Origin: an uncultured Fibrobacterota bacterium
GTDB lineage: Bacteria > Fibrobacterota > Chitinivibrionia > Chitinivibrionales > FEN-1185
Assembly (NCBI GenBank): GCA_963753345.1
Contig: CAVWBU010000040.1
Span: forward strand, 29,117-93,116
DNA length: 64,000 nt
Reading direction: 5' to 3'
Made by a program: the position numbers and the translations under genes. Under the pieces are notes generated by a model, which was not told the DNA's origin, searched no databases, and saw only the letters and a program-made list of their open reading frames with translations. Numbering within the stretch: the stretch's first letter is position 1; the number at the start of each line of letters is the position of its first letter. This document shows, one piece after another, positions 38,682-47,600 of the stretch.

Positions 38682-39533
38682 GTGGCAGATCCGCTTCTCG
38701 GAAAGACCGCCATCGTCACCGGTGCAAGTTCGGGCATCGGCAAGGTCACGGCGCGGGAGATTGCAAAAGCCGGCGCAAGGGTCGTCATGGTGTGCCGTCC
38801 CGGAGCAAAGGCGAAGACTGCAATTGAGGACATTGCCCGGGAGGCAGGGTCGGAAAAGATCGAACTCTTGTCCGCCGACCTTTCGGATCTGGCATCCATT
38901 CGCGCATGCGCTTCTGAATTCAGAAAAACCCACGATCGCCTTGACATACTGGTAAACAACGCCGGTGTTTTTCTTCCCGACCGTCAGGTGACTGGCGACG
39001 GACTGGAAAAAACCTTTGCAACAAACCATTGTGCATATTTCCTGCTCACCAATCTTCTTTTCGACATGCTCAAGGCAAGCGCACCGGCGCGGGTAGTCTG
39101 CGTTGCGTCTGAGGCGGAACGCTGGGGAAAGATCGATTTTGACGACTTGCAGTGCGAAAAACGTTATTCGGGAATGAAGGCTTACGCCCAATCGAAACTC
39201 GCCAACATTCTTTTTACCTACGAGCTGGCACGGAGACTCAAGGGCACCGGCGTGACCGCAAATTGCGTTCATCCCGGTACGGTCCGCACCGGTTGGGGCC
39301 GCAATGCAAGCGGAATGTTCAAAATTGGACTGGCGCTGTATTGGCCGTTTATGGTTTCTGTCGAGGAAGGAGCGAAAACTTCAATCTATCTGGCATCATC
39401 ACCCGAAGTGGAAAAGGTAACGGGCCGATATTTTGAAAAGTGCAAACCTATCCATTCAATACCGGCATCATACGATACCGACCTCGCCGGGAAGCTATGG
39501 GAGGTAAGCGAGCGCCTAACAGGAATTTCATAA
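38682..39533 (+). CDS. Short-chain dehydrogenase/reductase (retinol-DH/WWOX-like)
   Basis: TGASSGIG, LVNNAG, YAQSKLAN, VHPG. Confidence 0.93.
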   Translation: MADPLLGKTAIVTGASSGIGKVTAREIAKAGARVVMVCRPGAKAKTAIEDIAREAGSEKIELLSADLSDLASIRACASEFRKTHDRLDILVNNAGVFLPDRQVTGDGLEKTFATNHCAYFLLTNLLFDMLKASAPARVVCVASEAERWGKIDFDDLQCEKRYSGMKAYAQSKLANILFTYELARRLKGTGVTANCVHPGTVRTGWGRNASGMFKIGLALYWPFMVSVEEGAKTSIYLASSPEVEKVTGRYFEKCKPIHSIPASYDTDLAGKLWEVSERLTGIS

Positions 39534-39629
39534 GGCTGATCCGGACATCGAACCAGCCCTGTTATCATCGCGAGTCCTACACGCAATGATATAATAATAG
39601 AAGAAACTAATAAGCCACACAATATCGTG

Positions 39630-40187
39630 TTAAGGTTTCTTTTTCCTGTTTTGTATTTGCAAAGGTATAAATATCTTCCACTCGATTACCTCATCTTTAA
39701 ATATTCTTCTTATACATTTTAAAACCCAAGGTGATTCGGCAATATCGTTTTCTATGGATATACTCTTATAAGTAAGCTTCCTCGGAAATTTATTATTTGT
39801 GTAATCAAAACCAACAGACTTAAGTTTATATATTATGCTGTCATTATCTGACATTGGAGTGTATAGGTTGATGAAGGTAGGAAGACTATCCATATTCCGA
39901 ACAATAAATAATCCTTCCCGTATTCTATAACAATACCTAATATCCCTTGTTTTCATCCTAATTATGGTGTCCTTACAATCCGGTTGTGGTGGGTTTGAAA
40001 AGTATATTGCCTGGATTAAGGAATCCGGAATTCGGAATGGTTTGCAGATAACATTTATCTCCGACTTAAATATTTGTATTAATGAATCAGTTTTCAATTT
40101 GTCTGCGGCGGTCACCGGGATAAAGCCCGCAAAAGAAAAAATGGAGAATATAGCAAATACCAATAATGATGTTGATTTGTATTTCAT
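39630..40187 (-). CDS. AT-rich hypothetical exported protein
   Basis: 185-aa ORF with signal peptide; ATG overlaps the upstream stop (ATGA). Confidence 0.6.
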   Translation of the reverse strand: MKYKSTSLLVFAIFSIFSFAGFIPVTAADKLKTDSLIQIFKSEINVICKPFRIPDSLIQAIYFSNPPQPDCKDTIIRMKTRDIRYCYRIREGLFIVRNMDSLPTFINLYTPMSDNDSIIYKLKSVGFDYTNNKFPRKLTYKSISIENDIAESPWVLKCIRRIFKDEVIEWKIFIPLQIQNRKKKP

Positions 40188-40654
40188 ATTTGGGCCCTAA
40201 CAATTTCCTGATCCGGACAGCAGGTGTCCATCCCCTTTGAGCAGGTGCACCGCATCTCCCATTCCGAAACACTTCCTTTGTGAGCGGGGAGCCTTTCCCT
40301 TTGCCACTCCTTCCAGCCCACATTGAGTTCCTTGACAAAAAATCCGTTCTCTGCCAACTGCAGAGCCGCTTTCACGCTCGCCATTCAGTGTTGATGAGCG
40401 CAATAGGTCACCAGCTCCCTGTCCTTGGGCAGCAATGTCATAAAAGCCTTCAACTCCGGCAATGGAACGGATAATGCACCTCGTATATGCCCCTGGGCAA
40501 AGGCGTTCCTGTCCCGGACATCAAGGAGAAGAAAATCCCCTGAATCAGGTTTTCCCGCGGCCCATTGTGAGACTGAATGTTGTGCTTTTTCCGCTGCTAG
40601 TTTTGCGGCGAAATAGTCCCGGTTGGCGTTAATATCGCTTTGTGAAAAGCTCAT
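40184..40654 (-). CDS. Rhodanese-like protein with in-frame TGA (probable selenocysteine) at 40385-40387
   Basis: ORFs 40385-40654 and 40184-40384 are in frame and separated only by TGA: LLDVR..GHIRGA..VTYCAHQH-U-MASVKAALQL..G..VKELNVGWKEW. Confidence 0.85.
40349..40365 (-). promoter_or_regulatory. Bacterial SECIS-like hairpin
   Basis: mRNA CUCUGC-AGUUG-GCAGAG; stem starts 19 nt after UGA; G at loop position 2. Confidence 0.7.
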
Positions 40655-40696
40655 AGGGGCATCCTTTCTGCTATTCCATCGGCCGATAGTCCTGAT

Positions 40697-41341
40697 CTAT
40701 ATCCTTAATAGCTTGAATGCGTGGTTCCACGAGTTTGTCTTCATGCCGTAGGTCAGCCAGAGGATGCACATGGGTTCCAGCAGACGAGCACCCGTGATAT
40801 CTCCTATGTCAACTACTCCCCAACCGAAGGCGACACAGAGGTCCGCTACGGCCTTTTTTGCGGTCTCGTCGTTGCCGCAGATGAACATGTCCGGTGGTCC
40901 GCCTTCGAATTTCGGATTGACCATATGCGCGTACCCCACCGTGTTGAACGCCTTGACTACTTTCGAGTTCGGCAGCCACCGCTGCACCTGTTCGCCCGCC
41001 GAATCGGTATGACCCAGGGCAAGCACCGGGGGTTGGTGATCTTTGAACACAAGAGGATTGGTCACGTCTATGACAACCTTGTTTGCAAGGTTCTTTGGAT
41101 TCGCCAGCCGTATTGCATTCTTGGTTCCACTCCATTTTGTAGCCAGCACGACAAGCTCTCCGAACGCCGCAGCCTCCGAAAATGTCCCGACCAATGCCTG
41201 AGGCGTATTTCCGTTAAGCCATGTTTTCATCTTCTCACTATGGGAATCGCGTGTTCCGATTTTTACGTTGTGTTTGAGCGAAACAAAGCCCGATCTCAAT
41301 GCCCTGCCTACATCTCCGCTGCCAATGATTCCAATGTTCAT
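40697..41341 (-). CDS. NADP oxidoreductase, F420-dependent family (F420_oxidored)
   Basis: IGIIGSGDVG, VIDVTNPL, VVKAFNT, ICGND..AK, DIG..ARLLEP. Confidence 0.9.
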   Translation of the reverse strand: MNIGIIGSGDVGRALRSGFVSLKHNVKIGTRDSHSEKMKTWLNGNTPQALVGTFSEAAAFGELVVLATKWSGTKNAIRLANPKNLANKVVIDVTNPLVFKDHQPPVLALGHTDSAGEQVQRWLPNSKVVKAFNTVGYAHMVNPKFEGGPPDMFICGNDETAKKAVADLCVAFGWGVVDIGDITGARLLEPMCILWLTYGMKTNSWNHAFKLLRI

Positions 41342-41397
41342 AATAACCTCCAAGATTGATTTCATTCATCATCCCTATCAATAATGAGAAGAAAAAC

Positions 41398-41412
41398 GCA
41401 AAGAATATGCCA
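41398..41412 (-). promoter_or_regulatory. Sigma-54 -24/-12 promoter
   Basis: TGGCAT-ATTCT-TTGC on the minus strand. Confidence 0.75.
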
Positions 41413-41464
41413 TATTTTCAATCTTCCATAGCTACAATCCGGTGTTTTTGCGATTAAATAACTG

Positions 41465-41479
41465 CGGCACAGCCATTGC
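41465..41479 (+). promoter_or_regulatory. Sigma-54 -24/-12 promoter
   Basis: CGGCAC-AGCCA-TTGC; CTATCA-ATAA-TGAGAA at 41375-41390 upstream. Confidence 0.65.
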
Positions 41480-41601
41480 GTATTTAGATAGAATGGCAAG
41501 GAACGTGGTAAAAATATTTCCTTCGAAGTTAACGAAATATTATGACGGGGTAAAGGATCGAAACAACTCATGAATCAGGAAATCAATTAAGGAGGCGAAT
41601 T

Positions 41602-41931
41602 ATGAGATCAATTATCGCAGCGCTTCTGTCGATTCTTGTTATTAGCATATCATCTGTCGCGGCACAAGGAATTTCCGGCATACAAAATGCGCAGGGATTG
41701 AAAGGGTACATTACAATCGGGAACACCGTTGTCGTGCTGCCGGCCCAATTGCAGACCGGCGACCGCATCGTATTCACGAAAGTAAACGGCGCCCAGGTGT
41801 ATGGTCAGCGAGTGGGTGACGGGTTCTTTCGAATGGATGTTTCGAAACTGCGGCCGGGCCTGTACGTTGTGTCGGTCGTGAGAAACGGGACTGAAATCGC
41901 GGCGATAAGGCTGCCATTCAAGTCCGTTTGA
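41602..41931 (+). CDS. Small secreted protein consisting mostly of a T9SS-CTD-like domain
   Basis: AAGGAGG RBS; signal peptide; NGAQV...MDVSKLRPGLYVVSV tail. Confidence 0.65.
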   Translation: MRSIIAALLSILVISISSVAAQGISGIQNAQGLKGYITIGNTVVVLPAQLQTGDRIVFTKVNGAQVYGQRVGDGFFRMDVSKLRPGLYVVSVVRNGTEIAAIRLPFKSV

Positions 41932-42054
41932 GAGAATAGCGTCTTCTGTTTAAGTAAATGACCGCACGAACCACAGTAACGAATCTTCGGCGGTTAGTGG
42001 GTTTTCCAGAATTGTGACACATCGAATACCGCCCACGAATACCGCCTTTGCCTC

Positions 42055-42825
42055 TTACTCTTTCTTCAAGAAATGTGAAAACAGATCAAGCGGCAGCGGC
42101 AGGAACGCCACGGTGCTGTGCTCCGCTGAAATTTCCCGCATGGTCTGCAAATAGCGCAATTGCAAGGCAAGCGGCTGGGTGGCGATCATTGCGCCCGCCT
42201 GGACGAGCTTCTCGGCGGCCTGGAATTCACCCTCAGAGTTGATGATCTTTGCTCGCCGCTCGCGCTCGCTTTCGGCCTGGCCCGCCATGGCGCGCTTCAT
42301 GGTGTCCGGCAGCATCACGTCCTTGACCTCCACGGTGGTCACCTTGATGCCCCACGGCTCGGTGTGCCGGTCGATGATCTCCTGGAGGCGCTGATTTATC
42401 TTCTCCCGTTGGGAAAGCAATTCGTCAAGCTCTGCCTGTCCGATCACGCTGCGCAGGGTGGTCTGTGCAATGAGCGACGTTGCCTTGAAGAAGTTCTCCA
42501 CCTTGATGATGGCGTCCACCGGATTCATGACGCGGAAGTAAATCACCGCGTCCACGCTCACCGGCACGTTGTCGCGGGTCATCATCTCCTGCTTCGGGAC
42601 GTCGATGGTCACGACGCGCAGATCGACTTTCACCATGCGGTCGACGATGGGGATCAGAAGGATGAGCCCAGGCCCCTTTGCCCGCAGAAGCTTTCCCAGT
42701 CGGAAAATCACGCCGCGCTCGTATTCCCTCAGGATCCGCACCGCCTGCGGCAGCACGATGATCGCAAGGATGACAATGGGGACGCCCCAGAACAGCATGC
42801 TTTGAAACATTTGAGGGTTGTTCAT
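42055..42825 (-). CDS. SPFH/band-7 (slipin/stomatin-like) protein
   Basis: [48 protein letters not shown]. Confidence 0.95.
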   Translation of the reverse strand: MNNPQMFQSMLFWGVPIVILAIIVLPQAVRILREYERGVIFRLGKLLRAKGPGLILLIPIVDRMVKVDLRVVTIDVPKQEMMTRDNVPVSVDAVIYFRVMNPVDAIIKVENFFKATSLIAQTTLRSVIGQAELDELLSQREKINQRLQEIIDRHTEPWGIKVTTVEVKDVMLPDTMKRAMAGQAESERERRAKIINSEGEFQAAEKLVQAGAMIATQPLALQLRYLQTMREISAEHSTVAFLPLPLDLFSHFLKKE

Positions 42826-44186
42826 ACCTCTTTCTCCTCTGTTAAAGACCGTATGGTGAGAGTGAGCCCGTTTATCCCGAGTACCTCGATTTGCTTTCCC
42901 TGGTCGACCCTTGCGTCGCTTACGGCGTTCCAGTACGCCCCTTCTACAAACACTGTCCCTCCCCCCGCGGTGATTGCGGTTTGCGCGGTGCCGACCTTGC
43001 CCTTCATTGCTTCCGCACCGGTTCTTTTCGGCAGAAGCTGTGCGCGCAATCCAGCTCCTATGACTACAACAAAGAACAGCACTGTCACCACGGTTGCGGG
43101 AATGACAACAGCCAGCGACAGGTGGAACGCGGCCCCGGCCGTGTCAAACAGCAGCAGCGAGCCGATGATAAAAGAGATTGCGCCGCCGACGGTGAGCACG
43201 CCATGGGTCGCCGCAAAGACGTCGGTGACAAACAGCAACGCGGCAAGAACAATGAGGGCAACGCCGGTAATATTTACGGGCAGGATTGAGGCCATGAAAA
43301 GCGCGAGGATCAGAGCGATGATGCCGGCAACCGCGGGAAGAACAGCGCCCGGGTTGCTCAGTTCGCCGATGAGCCCATACATGGCAATAAGCATAAGGAA
43401 GTACATTATCTCCGGGCCCCACAGCCGCTGGAAGATTTTCTCGCGCATGAGCATGGGGATGGGTGCGATACTCGCGCCCGCGGTGTGCAATACGGTCTGG
43501 CCCACCTTGCGTCCGTCAAGCTGCTTGAGGAGATCGGCCATGTTCGGGGCGACAACATCAATGACCTTGAGCGAAAGCGCCTTTTCGGCGGTGATCGCGG
43601 CGCTTTCGCGAACCGACGAAATCGCCCACGTAACATTGCGGTTCCGCTTGCTCGCTATGGACTCAATGAAGGTCGACGCGAAATTCTCGAGCTTGTGCCT
43701 CATAACGCTGTCGCCGCCGGCGACGCCGATGCCGCCCGTCATCTCGACCGGGTGCGCGGCGCCGATGCTCGTACCCGGCGCCATTGCCGCCACGTCGGCC
43801 GAAAGCGTGATGAAGCACCCTGCGCTGGCCGCGGTCGCGCCCGCAGGCGCCACATACACGACCGTGGCAGGTTGCGAAGTGAGAAGATCCTGCACGATGT
43901 CCTTGGTTGAACTGAGCAGCCCGCCCGGCGTGTCGAGCTGGATAATGAGGCAGGAATATCCGCTCTGTGAGGCAAGAGCCATTGCGCGATGGATGTAGCT
44001 TGCGGTGATGGGGCCTATTGCGCCGGAAATTTTAATGAGCCCTACGTTTTCCGAAGAAAAACACGCCCCGGCGAGAACCGCGACAAGGATTGCCGGCCCT
44101 GCGACGCGCCGGGCAGCGCGAACACCCACTCTCCGGCTCTTCATTCGAAAGGGTCCGATTGGGTTCCGGAAAAATGAAGCCCTCAT
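42822..44186 (-). CDS. nfeD: NfeD long-form membrane serine protease
   Basis: [25 protein letters not shown] bundle, C-terminal OB fold (VEGAYWNA); coupled to slipin. Confidence 0.93.
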   Translation of the reverse strand: MRASFFRNPIGPFRMKSRRVGVRAARRVAGPAILVAVLAGACFSSENVGLIKISGAIGPITASYIHRAMALASQSGYSCLIIQLDTPGGLLSSTKDIVQDLLTSQPATVVYVAPAGATAASAGCFITLSADVAAMAPGTSIGAAHPVEMTGGIGVAGGDSVMRHKLENFASTFIESIASKRNRNVTWAISSVRESAAITAEKALSLKVIDVVAPNMADLLKQLDGRKVGQTVLHTAGASIAPIPMLMREKIFQRLWGPEIMYFLMLIAMYGLIGELSNPGAVLPAVAGIIALILALFMASILPVNITGVALIVLAALLFVTDVFAATHGVLTVGGAISFIIGSLLLFDTAGAAFHLSLAVVIPATVVTVLFFVVVIGAGLRAQLLPKRTGAEAMKGKVGTAQTAITAGGGTVFVEGAYWNAVSDARVDQGKQIEVLGINGLTLTIRSLTEEKEV

Positions 44187-44201
44187 AGGGTTAACATTTT
44201 C

Positions 44202-44216
44202 GCAATTACTGTGCCA
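44202..44216 (-). promoter_or_regulatory. Sigma-54 -24/-12 promoter
   Basis: TGGCAC-AGTAA-TTGC on the minus strand; very close to the 44186 ATG, so the true start may be downstream. Confidence 0.75.
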
Positions 44217-44342
44217 TTGGTCCGGGGTTATCCGGTTCTTTGGATGGACTTTTCAAAATAAGGTTTACCTTCGCTATGAACTACACACCTCGATTCCTGA
44301 TCATGTATGTCTTTCCGCTGCCGGGCGACTTTCGCATTCCTG

Positions 44343-44358
44343 TTCCCAAAAATGGGAA
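44343..44358. promoter_or_regulatory. Palindromic upstream activator site
   Basis: Perfect TTCCCA-AAAA-TGGGAA about 130 bp upstream of the nfeD sigma-54 site. Confidence 0.6.
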
Positions 44359-44648
44359 ACAGGCCCCTATGGCCGACATTTTCTTGACAGGACAGAATCC
44401 AGATTTCTTTCCCACGCATGGTTGCTTCACTCATGAAAGCATTTCTTTCCGACCAAACGTTATTGTCATTGGAAATGGGAAGCCGTCGTGAAAGCCCGTA
44501 GCTGGTCGGCTTTCGACGTTCCCATCGCGCTTGCATGGAAGAACCGGCAGTGCAGAGAAGAAAGAATGTGTTGATATTCGGAAGCGAAAAAAGGAAAATT
44601 TAGAGGTCCCCTGTCTGCGAACATCCCTTTCACTTCTGAGGAGCCCCT

Positions 44649-47600
44649 ATGATCACGGTATGTTTGCTTCGTCGTACCATTGCCGTTGTCTGCCCGATGC
44701 TCTTCGCCTTCAGCCTTTCCTGTTCCGCGGGAGTCAAGAGCGCTCCGGGAAACGGGGAAAAATACGCCGGTTCCTGGAAAGCAATAGATTCCCTCGCCAA
44801 CCAAGGCTTGACCCAATCGGCGCTTGATGCGATCGACACTGTTTACAAGAAAGCCAGGGCCGCTTCAAACGCCGACCAGACGATCAAAGCAATCATCTAC
44901 CGGATGCGCTTTCAATCGTACAAGGAAGAAGATGCTTTTGTAAAAACGCTCGACCGGCTCAACGAAGAGCTGAAAACCGCCGAGTTTCCCGTGGGGCCCA
45001 TGCTTCACTCCATGCTGGCCGAGTGCTACTGGCACTATTACCAGAACAACCGCTGGCGGTTTTCCAACCGCACGCAAACCGAAAAATTCGAACGCAGGGA
45101 TATTCACACCTGGGACCTTGCGACCATCATGGAGGCCATGACCGCCGAATACGAACTTTCCATCAAGGAAGCGGATGCCCTGAAGAACATGCCGCTCACT
45201 CGCTACGGCGAAATCATTGCCGACAGGTCTGCCGACAGCCGGCTGCGGCCCACGCTTTACGACTTTCTCGCCCACAGGGCGGTGGATTTCTTTTCCCTTG
45301 ACGACGGCGACCTCACCCGGCCTGCCTTTGAATTCACCCTGAACAGCAGCGATTATTTCAAACCGTTTGATGAGTTCATTGCGCTGGCGATCACTTCTCA
45401 GGACACTGCTTCACTCAAGTTCCATGCCCTGCGCCTCCTGCAGAAGCTGGTCGCGTTTCATGCGAACGACAGGGACTGCGCGGCGCTTGTCGACGCAGAC
45501 CTCAAGAGGCTTGCATTTGTCCGGCAGCACGCGGTCGTGCCGGGAAAAGACTCGCTGTATTTAAAAGCGCTCGAAAAACTTGAACAAAGGTTCTCCGGCA
45601 GTCCGTCGTCCGCGGAAGTCACCTATCAGATTGCTCTTCTTCACCGCGAACGGGCATCCACATACCAGCACCGCATTGCGGAGCAGTACCGCTGGACAAA
45701 CAAGACCGCTCTTGCGTTATGCGAAAAGGCGCAGGCCGCGTTTCCCGGTTCCTATGGCGCGCGGCAGTGCGCGAACCTGGCAAGCCGGATACGGGAAAAA
45801 TCAATGAACTTTACAACCGAGTATGTGAACGTTCCAGGCAAACCCTTCAAGGCCCTGCTGCAGTACAAGAATGTGCCCAAGGTCTTTTGGAGGCTGGTTT
45901 CAATAGAGCTTGAACAGTACGAGAAGTTGATCAAGCACAACTATTATGGCGACAGCCTTGTAATCAAACTGGCGAACCTCAAGCCGCTAAAGTCATGGAG
46001 CCTTGTTGTGCCGGACCCGGGAGATTATCAGGGACACTCGGTGGAACTCGACGTGCCTGCCGCGCCAGTGGGCCACTATCTCATTCTTGCGGCCTCTGAT
46101 CCGGATTTCAAGGTCGCAAAACAGGCGATCTGCTACGGTACGACACAGATTTCCACCATAAGTTATATCGATCGTCCGCAGCCAGACGGGGGCCGCGAAT
46201 ACTATATGCTTGACAGGACGCTTGGCTCGCCCCTCAAAGGCGTCACAGCCAAGCTGTGGGCCCAGGTGTACGACGACAAGATTCGTGAGTACCGCAAAGT
46301 CCTCAAGGGAACGTATGTCTCGGATGCGGAAGGGAACGTGCGCATTCCGCCCCGGCAAAATGAATGGACAAGCTGCAGTATTGAGTTCCTCTACGGGAAA
46401 GACAGGTTGCTCCCGGATGAAACCTATTATCTCAACCGGTATGGCAAGCCGCCAAGACAAACAAGAACCATGACCCATTTCTTCACCGACCGCGCCATAT
46501 ACCGACCGGGCCAGACCATTTATTTCAAAGGCATCATGCTCCGCACCGACGGCGAGAAAAATGAAATAGCTCCGGGTGTAAACACAACGGTGACGTTCTA
46601 TAATGTCAACAGTCAGGAAGTGGCGCATCTCGATCTCACGTCGAATGCCTACGGTTCGATCCACGGGTCGTTTGTCGCGCCGACCGGCACGCTCAACGGC
46701 CAGATGTACATTGCGGGCACCAACGGCCGCGTGGGCTTTTCGGTGGAAGACTACAAACGCCCCAAGTTCGAAGTGACCATGGACCCGTTCAAGGGAACCA
46801 AACGGCTGGGTGAAACCATCCGGCTCCAGGGTACCGCAAAGGCGTATGCGGGCTCGGCGATCGATGGCGCAAAAGTAAAGTACCGCATCGTGCGGCAGGC
46901 GCGCTTTCCAGACTGGTGGTGGTGCTGGTGGCGGCCGGCGCGCTGGTCGTCGGAAATGGAGATTGCAAACGGCGCCACCGTCACCAACGACACGGGCGGA
47001 TTTTTCGTCGACTTTTCGGCGGTGCCGGACCTCTCTGTTCCAAGAAGCGAAAACCCCACGTTCTGTTACACCGGATACTTCGACGTCACCGACATCACCG
47101 GCGAGACGCGATCGGCAACCGGCAGCGTGAACGTGGGATATGTTTCGCTCACCCTGAGCGTGGACCTGCCGCAGCAGGTGGACAAGGATTCAGCGGGGCC
47201 TTTCGACATTTCTACTGCGAATCTGAACGCCGTTTTCGAACCGGCACAGGGGAATATTGTCATTTGCAAGCTGAAATCACCGCCCAAGGTCTATCGCACG
47301 AGAAACTGGACGGCGCCGGACACGCAGGCCATGACAAGGAGCAGGCACGACGAACTATTCCCGTCCGATTGTTACGATAACGAGCTCGACATCACCTCAT
47401 GGGCAAAAAGTGATAAAGTGTACGAAGCGTCCTTCGACACCGACAAAGACAAGAAGCTTGCGCTTAAGGGCCTCGGCTCCTGGCAGCAGGGTGCGTATGT
47501 GCTTGAAGGAACAACAAAAGACGCCGACGGCCGGGAGGTGAAAGACATCCGGTATTTCACGCTCTTTTCCGGCAAGGAAAAGAGCGTTCCCTATCCGCTC

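Noticed and set aside
21209-43998. Long antisense ORFs (21209-22978, 26618-27634, 29774-31759, 35237-36238, 42160-43998)
   Set aside because: Shadow frames of well-supported GC-rich genes on the opposite strand, with no recognisable motifs
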